A DNA stretch of 64,000 bases from positions 20,269 through 84,268 of IMG/VR virus record IMGVR_UViG_3300028844_005216. One strand, given 5' to 3'. This document shows positions 28,125 through 37,216 of the stretch, piece after piece. A program made the position numbers and the translations under genes. The DNA comes from a virus. The notes under the pieces are model-generated. The model made no database searches. It was given only the letters and a program-made list of their open reading frames with translations, and had not been told where the DNA came from. How positions within the stretch are numbered: position 1 is the first letter of the stretch; every line of letters begins with the position of its first letter.

Positions 28125-28775
28125 TTACTTAATTCGATAGTTGCTCCTATACTTTGGTTGATGCACCGGCTCTGTGTGACCAACCGCCTGATGCTGCGCG
28201 CTGCCATACTTATCTCCTCCACGAGAAGATGCCTTATTTTCCCCACCAGAAAATTTATCATTCGCAGTTGCATGGGAAAGATATCGGTTTGCTGCTTGTT
28301 CGGGAGTAAGTCCCTCAATGTACGCAACTCGCCGCTGCAACGGATCAAGATATGCGCTTGGCTCTTTTGATGAAACGAGCGAATCAAATTTATTCATCCA
28401 ATCATTTCGGAAAGATTCTTCCTCTTTGTTTGAATAAGAAAATACCGAATCAAAAGAAGCCTCAAGATTCTCAAGCATCGCGGATCGTTCGTCTCGAAAA
28501 TCTTCATTCACATCGGGATTGATGGTAATCTGCTCTTTTTTTCCAGAAAGATCTAATTTCTTCCCTCGTTTAGATGGCTTGCGAATAGCTTTACTGATAG
28601 CCTTTCGTCGATTTTTAAGATACTGATCAGAAGAATCTGTATCCCCATCGTTATCAATGTCACCATCTTCTTTTCCCACAGGGTCAAGACGTGTTCCATT
28701 AGATTTTTTTTCTTGCAGTACACCAGAAACCGCATCAGCAAGACTATCTGAAATTTGTTTATGCCAAGTAGACAT
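28125..28775 (-). CDS. Hypothetical virion protein with DxDNDGD Ca-binding-like loop
   Basis: LDPVGKEDGDIDNDGDTDSSDQYLKNRRKAISKA; late promoter upstream. Confidence 0.7.
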   Translation of the reverse strand: MSTWHKQISDSLADAVSGVLQEKKSNGTRLDPVGKEDGDIDNDGDTDSSDQYLKNRRKAISKAIRKPSKRGKKLDLSGKKEQITINPDVNEDFRDERSAMLENLEASFDSVFSYSNKEEESFRNDWMNKFDSLVSSKEPSAYLDPLQRRVAYIEGLTPEQAANRYLSHATANDKFSGGENKASSRGGDKYGSAQHQAVGHTEPVHQPKYRSNYRIK

Positions 28776-28809
28776 TTTGTATCTCCCTTAAACCCTAAAG
28801 TTATATTAC

Positions 28810-28817
28810 TATTTAGT
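28810..28817 (-). promoter_or_regulatory. T4-like late promoter variant (ACTAAATA)
   Basis: Variant of TATAAATA, ~35 nt upstream of ATG 28775. Confidence 0.55.
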
Positions 28818-28843
28818 AATACATAAATCCCATTAAAAAATAT

Positions 28844-30175
28844 TCAATCCTTATTGCCAAAAAGTTTCCATGCAGTTGCATAAAGAACCTTTTCTCCGTT
28901 CTTTTCACCATACTGCTTCTTAAACTTGGCTTTATTGGCTTTGATGAATCTCTCTGCACCTGCACTCGGAGGAGCGACTTCATGAAAATCAATAAGCGGC
29001 TCAATGTCTTCAACATCATCAGGCTGACCCGGAACCTCTTTACTGTAACGACTTGCCAGTTCCTTCGTTCCCCACTCAGCAGGAGTAGTATCCTGCACCA
29101 AATCTTTAAACTTCTTCATGCCATATCTCCTATCAGACTTCTTTTGAAAACTCTCCCAAATATCAGAGTCTACGCTTCTTCTTGAATTACCACCAGAGAC
29201 AAAGGAGTTGACCCGATCAAATGCATATTGATGTGCTGTCTTATCTCCGTAAATTGGACTTGAGGCTAATCCCCTCAAAAATACCTCAAGCAAAGACTGA
29301 TAAGCAATTCCACTCTTCTCTGATTTTTTAACAAGAGCATCGCGATGATCTTCTTTCATTAAGAAATCATCATGCAGGAGAAGAAGCATTCTCCTGTAGA
29401 GCAAATCATCTGCCATAACATACTCAAGAACTTTATCTACAACAGCGATAATATGTTTTCGCAACTCTGGATTTGAACCGGACTTCTCAAGATCTTTGAA
29501 TGTTCTCTTTGTGATTGGAAGGTCTTTCATCGGAACCAAACCAAAGCGAAGAAGTGTATTGAAACGCCTTCCCGTCACACTCTTATCACCTACAACGTGA
29601 GTGTCTTCAATTGATTCATAGATATGTTCCGTGATCTGCATTCCACGCCGGATAGCATCATAAAGTGCCTTGGGATTCTTCATCGGAGAACCCTTCTTGA
29701 ACTCTTTATAATTACCATCAACTGCAAACTTCCGCATCTTGGATGCAGACATTCCGGTCACATCTTCGGCATCAGGATCTCTTTCTCCTGCCGAGATGAT
29801 CTCAATTTTATCAAAATCATATTCTTTTCCATTATACTGATTAAGCAGTCTCTTAAACTCTTGGGCTCTGTCGGAACCCACAACAAGAGACACCTCTTGA
29901 TACTTCTTATCAAGAAATTTCATAACATCAAGAACGGTCTTGATACTCGGAGAAGCATTAATGTTATTTGAATGTGTAGGAAAGGACTGCTTGAGAAACT
30001 TGACCTTCGTGCGGAAGGTGAGTGGATTCTTCTTGGGGTCATTGGATTTAGATGCAAATATAGCATACTCCGCTTTTCGCGACTTTGCTTCTTTTGCAAC
30101 GCGGTCCATGACGACCTTATGTCCTGTCGTGGGAGGATTAAATCTTCCCCACGCAAATACAATTTTTCTTTTCAT
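28844..30175 (-). CDS. HxGH nucleotidyltransferase (phage 'cytidyltransferase' family) with C-terminal extension
   Basis: FAWGRFNPPTTGH, KNPL, VVGSDR, SAGERDPDA, GMSASKMR. Confidence 0.85.
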   Translation of the reverse strand: MKRKIVFAWGRFNPPTTGHKVVMDRVAKEAKSRKAEYAIFASKSNDPKKNPLTFRTKVKFLKQSFPTHSNNINASPSIKTVLDVMKFLDKKYQEVSLVVGSDRAQEFKRLLNQYNGKEYDFDKIEIISAGERDPDAEDVTGMSASKMRKFAVDGNYKEFKKGSPMKNPKALYDAIRRGMQITEHIYESIEDTHVVGDKSVTGRRFNTLLRFGLVPMKDLPITKRTFKDLEKSGSNPELRKHIIAVVDKVLEYVMADDLLYRRMLLLLHDDFLMKEDHRDALVKKSEKSGIAYQSLLEVFLRGLASSPIYGDKTAHQYAFDRVNSFVSGGNSRRSVDSDIWESFQKKSDRRYGMKKFKDLVQDTTPAEWGTKELASRYSKEVPGQPDDVEDIEPLIDFHEVAPPSAGAERFIKANKAKFKKQYGEKNGEKVLYATAWKLFGNKD

Positions 30176-30213
30176 AGCAGGTTTCCCTTAGCCTAACTGC
30201 TGTAACATACTAT

Positions 30214-30573
30214 TCAGCTTTTTGGAGCAGATGACTTCATCTGCTTAAATCTTTCGGCTTCCTTCTTCTTGATCTTTGGCAGTATCTTGACTGCCAACTT
30301 ATTGATCTTTGCCTTGTGCTTTTCTAGTCTCTTCTCGATTGAAATCAACATTTGCTTAGATTCAATCTCACCCTTAGTTTTTCCAGAAGTCAGCTTCTTG
30401 AATAGAATTTCTCTCGCTGCCTTTTGGGCTCGTCTCTTTAGTGATTTGGCATCAGCAAACTTAGAAAGTTTTCGCTTGCGAGCGCGTGCAATAAGGTTAG
30501 CTTTTCGCTTCATCATCTGCCCTTGCTTTCGGCGTCTTTGCATTGACCAAACTTCGTTCATTTTATTCTCCAA
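30214..30573 (-). CDS. Highly basic hypothetical late protein
   Basis: Lys/Arg-rich helix; CCTAAATA at 30582-30589. Confidence 0.65.
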   Translation of the reverse strand: MENKMNEVWSMQRRRKQGQMMKRKANLIARARKRKLSKFADAKSLKRRAQKAAREILFKKLTSGKTKGEIESKQMLISIEKRLEKHKAKINKLAVKILPKIKKKEAERFKQMKSSAPKS

Positions 30574-30584
30574 ATATATTATAT

Positions 30585-31829
30585 TTAGGAATCCCAGTTT
30601 TTGATAGCAGTGAAATTCTGATGTGAAAACTCAAGACGATCAACTAATTTGATTGTCTTTCCGTCACGATCCACTGCAACAAAACCCTCGTCTCCTGTGA
30701 CTCGGTATCCTGTATTGGTCTTAACAAAGGTTCTATACTGATTTGCACCACTTCCGAGCTTTTCCACAATCACATTCTTTGCATTGACCACATGTGTCTG
30801 ATACTCTGCAAACGCAATCAACGTAGGTTTAACTTTTCGATATACTTTGAGATGCTCTTGCTTTGTTCGTTCTTTGATATCCTTTGTCTTTTGCATTTTC
30901 AGACCAGCAATATGAGTATCCCACCACTGAGTAAAATAATTATAATACTCAACGGCATGTTTGCGAGGATTAGTAATTGCCTCTCCTGCACGAACCTTCG
31001 TGTTGCAATAGGTCTTATAGGAAGACCCCACCGCAGCCGAAGGAATCTTATTCTGCATATCAATAAACAAATCTAAATCTTTTGACTTAACCTTTCGGAA
31101 TGCCTTACCAGCCCGCGAAAGATGGCGATTAAGTTCTTTGATTTCCTTGGGGGTGAATAACACATTACCCGAAAGATCGTGATAGTAGGCGTCGTCATAC
31201 CACACACTCTTTGGTTTTTTCATGCCCGCAATGTTTACACCAATAGATGCAGACATATCAGGAAGAGTATCACCAGTATATGTTGTGTGCCACACGACAC
31301 CAATCTTTGCTGCTTTAATTTGCTTGGCAAGTGCTGATGTCGTATCTACTGCATAGACGATTGTATTGGGTTGAAATGTAACGTAATCAATTCCATCAAT
31401 CGTTTCATCAGAAAGGTCACTCTTGGTGAACATCATGTCACCCTGAATGACTCCATTGATTCCCAGCTTGGGCAGTTCCTTGAGCGCAATCTTTAACTTA
31501 TCTGCAAGACCACCAGAATAACCATACTTCTTTAGATCGGCATTCGACTTGACCAGCTTGGCATTCTTGGCAAACACACCTTTGGTTCCAACAAAAAACT
31601 TCCCATCTTCTGGATCGGTTCCTGCAAAGACAGCAGGGGCTCCATCCCACTTCACATGTAGATCAACCTTCTTCGTAGACTTGCCGGAAAGCATGTCCCG
31701 AATAGAACGAAGGAAGTTGATACCAGAGCGCATACCATCAATACCATAAAAGAATACAAGATCCTCAAGATGTTCAAGGTGCAAGTTCTTGGTTGCGTCT
31801 TCTGTCAAAAATTGATTAAATGATTGCAT
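30585..31829 (-). CDS. Conserved T4-like protein with ATP-dependent ligase/nucleotidyltransferase-like motifs
   Basis: KNLHLEHLED, VKWDGAPA, IQGDMMF, FQPNTIVY, EGFVA, KLVDRLEFS. Confidence 0.7.
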   Translation of the reverse strand: MQSFNQFLTEDATKNLHLEHLEDLVFFYGIDGMRSGINFLRSIRDMLSGKSTKKVDLHVKWDGAPAVFAGTDPEDGKFFVGTKGVFAKNAKLVKSNADLKKYGYSGGLADKLKIALKELPKLGINGVIQGDMMFTKSDLSDETIDGIDYVTFQPNTIVYAVDTTSALAKQIKAAKIGVVWHTTYTGDTLPDMSASIGVNIAGMKKPKSVWYDDAYYHDLSGNVLFTPKEIKELNRHLSRAGKAFRKVKSKDLDLFIDMQNKIPSAAVGSSYKTYCNTKVRAGEAITNPRKHAVEYYNYFTQWWDTHIAGLKMQKTKDIKERTKQEHLKVYRKVKPTLIAFAEYQTHVVNAKNVIVEKLGSGANQYRTFVKTNTGYRVTGDEGFVAVDRDGKTIKLVDRLEFSHQNFTAIKNWDS

Positions 31830-33178
31830 TATGCATACTCCGCAATTAGATCACCCATAAATTTCCCCTTTTCTATCAAATTACGATAGTAACCGCCACC
31901 AACAGATTCTCTTTTTACCCTCACTATAAGCAGTTGTGCGCGAGAAGTTTTTTCCACGATAATTACACTCGGAAGAGGTTCACCAGTGGTTTTATTTATT
32001 CCCTTAACATAATCAACATCAAAATCATACTCAGCTAAAACATTATTCAAACCACGAAAATTATATATTTTCGCTTCACCTTTAGCCAATTGTACAAGAG
32101 TTACATGTTCTTCGCCGAGAGTAGCAAAATCATCTATGGCGTCTCCCAGATTCTTAAACACATCAGCTCTTTGTCGTTTAGTTCTCATTCGACTTGTTAA
32201 CTCACTCGCAACGTGATCATATATGTAATTAATTGCACCAGAAGTGTCTTTTTCTTTATGCAGCTTTCTATTATACACATTCTTCTTTGATTTAATATTA
32301 ATACCAAACAACTTATCAAAAAGTTCTACATAACCATCAACCATTTTGCCTTGTGCATTTTTTTGGCGGTCAAAATTAACACCACCCTTTTGACCAAACT
32401 GTTTAACGTCATCAACCTTTAAGGACACCTTAATATCAACGTCCTGCGGTTTACCTTTATCATCTGTAATAGTAACAAAAGTATCAACCTTGGTGGTGGT
32501 CTGTCCCATTCCGGGCAAACTACCAACACCATCTGATATTATTTCTATTTGGTCATATCTTCTATTTTCATATATGATCTTTGCCCATTTTTTTACATTT
32601 ATATTATTTGCATATGCTACCGAAGATTGTGCATAACCATTTAGTGCTGCTTTGCTTTTTTTATCAATCAAAAAATTTAAATTAGCCTTTGCCAAAGATA
32701 TGTATAACTTTACATCATCCTTTAATGAAATACCTTCATTATCGGCTTTTACATTTTTCTCAACTTTGGCACCACCTTTTACTGTTTCGGTTTTTCTTAT
32801 ACCATTCAAAACTTTAAATACATCAGTCACCTTAACATCTGTATTTCTATTTGTGAATCGACAAAAAATCGCAGCAGCAAACACACCCTCGGCAGTGTCC
32901 CCCATATTTGCAGTAACTTTTGGTTTGCGTATTTGACCGAATGTATATACCTTTCCATCATCACCCAAAAAGGTCAAATTCACGGCTTCTCTATTTTGTC
33001 CAGAATTTACTAATTTCAAAAACTTATCTAATGCTTTTTTGTCTTTTGATCCAACCATCTTCGTGGAACTAACCTTAAATTTTCCAGCAGCAAACATATC
33101 TGCAACAGATGGTGCATATTTTTCGATCTTTAATCCAGTAGTACCAGATAGTGGTTGAGTTGATTGAGTAATTTCCAC
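31829..33178 (-). CDS. Hypothetical protein, possible PD-(D/E)XK (D...SxK) endonuclease fold
   Basis: GDTAEG helix, TKVD, VSLK; TATAAATA upstream. Confidence 0.5.
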   Translation of the reverse strand: MEITQSTQPLSGTTGLKIEKYAPSVADMFAAGKFKVSSTKMVGSKDKKALDKFLKLVNSGQNREAVNLTFLGDDGKVYTFGQIRKPKVTANMGDTAEGVFAAAIFCRFTNRNTDVKVTDVFKVLNGIRKTETVKGGAKVEKNVKADNEGISLKDDVKLYISLAKANLNFLIDKKSKAALNGYAQSSVAYANNINVKKWAKIIYENRRYDQIEIISDGVGSLPGMGQTTTKVDTFVTITDDKGKPQDVDIKVSLKVDDVKQFGQKGGVNFDRQKNAQGKMVDGYVELFDKLFGINIKSKKNVYNRKLHKEKDTSGAINYIYDHVASELTSRMRTKRQRADVFKNLGDAIDDFATLGEEHVTLVQLAKGEAKIYNFRGLNNVLAEYDFDVDYVKGINKTTGEPLPSVIIVEKTSRAQLLIVRVKRESVGGGYYRNLIEKGKFMGDLIAEYA

Positions 33179-33206
33179 AGATAATCCCCTTAAAACAATA
33201 CAATAT

Positions 33207-33214
33207 TATTTATA
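33207..33214 (-). promoter_or_regulatory. T4 late promoter TATAAATA
   Basis: Exact consensus 29 nt upstream of the GTG start. Confidence 0.75.
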
Positions 33215-33289
33215 AGAGGCAAGGGTTTCCTGCGCCATCCTGATCTGCAAGCGTCTCCAGTATCTTTTCTTTTTCCATAACAAAATACA

Positions 33290-33329
33290 AAAACCCAGAA
33301 TTTGGGTCATATAACCTAAACTCTGGGTT
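33290..33329. terminator. Hairpin, possible terminator
   Basis: AACCCAGA.TTTGGGT...ACCTAAA.TCTGGGTT inverted repeat downstream of the small membrane gene. Confidence 0.5.
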
Positions 33330-33351
33330 AATGTAAACACTTCCCAAACAA

Positions 33352-33531
33352 TTAGGCATCAGGGTCGTTCGACGCCCGACCTAAATTGCCACCAAGCATG
33401 TTGATCAGATTTAAAATAAAATCAACCGCTTTGTTATCACTCTCGTTCGGCGTCAACGTCGCAACAACCGCAGCAACTCCAACAATATGAACGAGAATAT
33501 CCACAATACTAACCATAAATTCCGTAGTCAT
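33352..33531 (-). CDS. Small membrane protein, holin-like (59 aa, not in ORF track)
   Basis: MTTEFMVSIVDILVHIVGVAAVVATLTPNESDNKAVDFILNLINMLGGNLGRASNDPDA; AAGGAG RBS; ACTAAATA at 33572-33579. Confidence 0.7.
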   Translation of the reverse strand: MTTEFMVSIVDILVHIVGVAAVVATLTPNESDNKAVDFILNLINMLGGNLGRASNDPDA

Positions 33532-33574
33532 AATTCATTCTCCTTTTTATGTTTATCACAACTGACATATGTAT

Positions 33575-34972
33575 TTAGTCCACAATGAAATCCGAAAACT
33601 TGCTCACACCCTTGGGGGCAGTTGAGTTATTCTTATTAGAAGACAAGCTGCTATCCTGCATAAGATCACTCTGAGCATCATCTTCACAATCAAACAATCG
33701 CATTTTATTACGATCAACTCCAATCACAAACCTGCGTTTAGAAGTCATATCAGAATACCGATTTTTTAATTGCTTAATCATAATCTGGTTCATCTCATCC
33801 AATTCATCTGTACGAATCAACGCCAGAAAAAGATCAGCCGTCGCAGGAAGTCCAAAACTCTCTGCAACATCTTCCATCGAAACATCACTACTAGATGATC
33901 CAGAACGATTAATCTGAGTCGCAGTAACAATGGGAACAGCGAGTTCAACAGCCAGTCCACGAAGCTCTTCTGCGATACTTTTAATTTTCTCATAACTATT
34001 TACGTTTGCTCCTCTGTAAACCATCGACTGACAAAGATTGATGTAGTCAATGAAAACAAGATCAGGAACAAAATTTTTCTTCATGGCAAGTTCTTTTGCA
34101 AGATGCCGAAAATGACCTGCTCCAGCTTGAACTGTTGGATATTCCTTTACAATAAGTTTGCCCGTAGTCTTTTGTCGCAGATCACTGATCTTGTTGTCAT
34201 AAATTGATTTGGCAAGACCCTTTAAGTCTGACATCGAAACATTCATCAGGTTCGCATCTATTCTTTCAGAGATTTTTTCTTCTGCCATTTCAAGAGTAAT
34301 GTACAAAACATTGTATCCACTGGACATTGCACTTGCAGCCATATGACACATTGCCAAAGTTTTACCAGCACCCGGAGATGCCATCAAAACGTTTAACGTC
34401 TTTTTAATCAACCCGCCTTCAGTAATCTCGTTAAAAAGAGAAATATCAAAGGGAATGTGTTCTTCCTTTCTGTTATAAAAGGCAAATCGTTCAGCAGAAT
34501 CCTCAATGTAGTCATGACCAATATGAGAGTCAAACGAAACGGAAAGAGCCTCTGTCAAAAGAGTTGGAATAGCACCTTTGTCCTTTTTAGTATTTCCATC
34601 AAGAATCTGAATAGACTCCATGATTGAATTATAGATTGCCTTGTCTTGACAAAACTTTTCGGTCGTATCAATCAACCACTGCTCTTCGTTATTAGGATCA
34701 GACTTCTCAATCTCATCAATAGTTTCAATAACAGATTCATAATCTTGCCCGTTTCCGCCTCCGACATTGGCGTCGTCGATCTCTACACGCAAAGATTCTA
34801 CGGAAGGATTGGTATTATACTTGTTGACATACTTAACAATAGCATCGAAAATAATCCGATCCGCATTATCATGAAAATACTCACTCTTCAGAAACGGAAC
34901 TGCGCTTTTCATGAAGGACTGGTCCTTCATGAGACTCGTCAGTATTATCAATTCCGTCTTCCGTGTTGCCAT
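33575..34972 (-). CDS. gp41: Replicative DnaB-like helicase (T4 gp41)
   Basis: TEKFCQDKA, IGHDY, ASPGAGKT, YITLEMAEE, LIVKEYPT, FIDYINL, IAEELRGLAVE, ESFGLPATAD, KQLKNRY. Confidence 0.97.
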   Translation of the reverse strand: MATRKTELIILTSLMKDQSFMKSAVPFLKSEYFHDNADRIIFDAIVKYVNKYNTNPSVESLRVEIDDANVGGGNGQDYESVIETIDEIEKSDPNNEEQWLIDTTEKFCQDKAIYNSIMESIQILDGNTKKDKGAIPTLLTEALSVSFDSHIGHDYIEDSAERFAFYNRKEEHIPFDISLFNEITEGGLIKKTLNVLMASPGAGKTLAMCHMAASAMSSGYNVLYITLEMAEEKISERIDANLMNVSMSDLKGLAKSIYDNKISDLRQKTTGKLIVKEYPTVQAGAGHFRHLAKELAMKKNFVPDLVFIDYINLCQSMVYRGANVNSYEKIKSIAEELRGLAVELAVPIVTATQINRSGSSSSDVSMEDVAESFGLPATADLFLALIRTDELDEMNQIMIKQLKNRYSDMTSKRRFVIGVDRNKMRLFDCEDDAQSDLMQDSSLSSNKNNSTAPKGVSKFSDFIVD

Positions 34973-35297
34973 GTCGATTTCTCACTTCCTTATCCGCTTC
35001 GTCTTGGACCATATCTACCAAAACATTTAAGAGCAATTGATCAAAACTATCCTTCATATCTTCGGGGTAGTCCACATCTCGAATTTCCTCTGGGATATGA
35101 AGAACCTCAAACTGATACTCCACCTTCAAATTCTCATCAAGCTCACTGGGCTTACCAAAGCGAAAATCGCCATACTTATACACCAATCCCGAAAATGGAC
35201 CCGTTGTCAATTCAACCGCACCCTCACTATTATTTTCTGGATTGGAAACTAAACGATAGTAGTCCTTAATATTATTTTCACTCGTCTCCCACATCAC
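34881..35297 (-). CDS. Conserved T4-like hypothetical protein
   Basis: VELTTGPFSGLVYKYG; lies between uvsX and gene 41. Confidence 0.65.
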   Translation of the reverse strand: MMWETSENNIKDYYRLVSNPENNSEGAVELTTGPFSGLVYKYGDFRFGKPSELDENLKVEYQFEVLHIPEEIRDVDYPEDMKDSFDQLLLNVLVDMVQDEADKEVRNRHGNTEDGIDNTDESHEGPVLHEKRSSVSEE

Positions 35298-36333
35298 TCA
35301 CCTCCTCAATATCTTCACTCATTGTAGCCTGCGTGGTTCCATATTTAAACTCGACCCCACATGCCTTATCAATCTTATCTAAAATATCTTTTGTAAAAAT
35401 CTTCTCTGCGTTTTTTATAATGTGGCTTGCATAGTGTTTGTTTCCATCCGGCAACTCAATCTTATTAGAAACCTTCTTGAAAATTTCATGAGCCACAGCA
35501 AGTTCAATTAAACCATAATACCTATCCAGTCCTGTATCATAACGAAGAAGAACATCAACCATCTTGTTCTCTACCGTTAAACGAGACTTGTAGTTTCTAC
35601 AATGAATAACATTACCAACAACATCTGTCCCAACCTTTTCCTTTCGCTTAGTAAGAAATATAATATTATCAGCAGAATACTTCAAGCCACTACCACCAGC
35701 AAGTTCCTTTGTTGGATACAGACTCCCGATGCTGTCGTATGTATGATTAGTGACAACCATTGGGATTCCCAGCTTACCTAACTGAATCGTCAACACACGA
35801 AACGCACCCTTAATCATAGGAGCGCGAGTCATGTCTCTCTTTTCAGAACCAGACTCAACATCAGCAACTTCCTTGCTTGTTGACAACTGACCCAGACTAT
35901 CCAAGCAAAATAGAAGAGGGTGACGACTACTTTCGGGTGTCTCCTGAACTCTCTTCAGAATATTCATTGCCTGTGTACGAAACTCTTCAACAGTAGACAC
36001 CGGAAGCATTGTTACTCGCTGGCTATCAATGCCACGTTCATCAAACATATCATGCGTAATGGCAGATTCACTTTCAAAGAAAATAACTCCACCGTCTTTG
36101 TGATCATTAAGAAATTGGCGAATCATTCCCATCAAAAAGAATGTCTTGCCCGTTGCAGACTCACCAGCAAGGGCAGTAATCTTATTCCCCGGAAGACCTT
36201 TGTAAATCGAACCCGAAATAAGACCATTCAAAATATAAGAACCCGTATCAGTATATGATGTTACATCTGCATACTGATCAACAAAGGGATTCACCTTACT
36301 CAAATCACCAAGAAAATCAAATGTTCCGCTCAT
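35278..36333 (-). CDS. uvsX: RecA-like recombinase
   Basis: DTGSYILNGLISGS, AGESATGKTF, LDSLGQL, DMTRA, VTNHTY, GGSGLKY. Confidence 0.96.
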   Translation of the reverse strand: MSGTFDFLGDLSKVNPFVDQYADVTSYTDTGSYILNGLISGSIYKGLPGNKITALAGESATGKTFFLMGMIRQFLNDHKDGGVIFFESESAITHDMFDERGIDSQRVTMLPVSTVEEFRTQAMNILKRVQETPESSRHPLLFCLDSLGQLSTSKEVADVESGSEKRDMTRAPMIKGAFRVLTIQLGKLGIPMVVTNHTYDSIGSLYPTKELAGGSGLKYSADNIIFLTKRKEKVGTDVVGNVIHCRNYKSRLTVENKMVDVLLRYDTGLDRYYGLIELAVAHEIFKKVSNKIELPDGNKHYASHIIKNAEKIFTKDILDKIDKACGVEFKYGTTQATMSEDIEEVSDVGDE

Positions 36334-36590
36334 AATCCACCTTCTCCAAAACCACCTTGTTCATTTTCAAAGTGTTCAATAAGATCTTCATAACCACCAA
36401 TCAAAACAGAGTCCCTAAAAATTTTAGGGACGGTTAACTTTGCATTATGTTGTTCAGTTATATGTTGAAATTCTTCTTTAGAAAGATCCTCTGGGATATT
36501 TCTCTCATTGTATGAGAGATTCCTCTTTTTGAATTCCTTCTTTGCCAGAACACACCACTTACAATTATCTTTCGTAATAATTGTGTACAT
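36330..36590 (-). CDS. Glutaredoxin
   Basis: CKWC, TVPKIF, IGGYEDL. Confidence 0.92.
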   Translation of the reverse strand: MYTIITKDNCKWCVLAKKEFKKRNLSYNERNIPEDLSKEEFQHITEQHNAKLTVPKIFRDSVLIGGYEDLIEHFENEQGGFGEGGL

Positions 36591-37216
36591 CAGTAAAGAT
36601 CCTTAACCTGATCACAAATACCAAACTTCTTTGCTTCTGAAGCACCAAGCCAAACATCATGAGCTGGAAGCAATACCTCCCTAATCTTCTTTTCGGTCAT
36701 TCCCGTACATTTCTTATAATGAGTAAGAATCATTTTTGCAGTCAGATCAAATGCTTTCTTTGCAGTCAAAAGCTCATGCTCCTTACCCCATTTACCCCAT
36801 GAGTATTGATGAGATAGAATGGCAGTGTTTGGAGTCAATGTTCGATGACCCGTTGCTCCTGCCATAAAGATCATCAAAGCTGCACTAGACACCTCACCCA
36901 AACCAATTGTATGAACAGGAATACCAGAACCTCGCATAGTATCAATAAGCGCGAATGCATCTGTGACACTACCACCACCCGAATTTACAATGAGTGTAAG
37001 ATTTTCTGGCTGAGATGGGGAAAGGTTATTTCTCAGTATCCACTCAATCACTGGTCGAACCGAATCGTTCTTAATATCATCCATCAACATGTATACGCCA
37101 GCCTTGTCCAATCCATCACCATCTCCACCAAACAAAGCACCGAGAACATCTGTTGTCGCATTGTTAGTTAACTCCAAAGCATCTTGATTTTCATCATTTA
37201 CATTTTCCATATTCAT
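36590..37216 (-). CDS. clpP: ClpP-family protease subunit
   Basis: IVNSGGGSV..AFALID.M, VSSAA (Ser), ILSHQ (His), D.WL.A.EAKKFGICD. Confidence 0.88.
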   Translation of the reverse strand: MNMENVNDENQDALELTNNATTDVLGALFGGDGDGLDKAGVYMLMDDIKNDSVRPVIEWILRNNLSPSQPENLTLIVNSGGGSVTDAFALIDTMRGSGIPVHTIGLGEVSSAALMIFMAGATGHRTLTPNTAILSHQYSWGKWGKEHELLTAKKAFDLTAKMILTHYKKCTGMTEKKIREVLLPAHDVWLGASEAKKFGICDQVKDLY

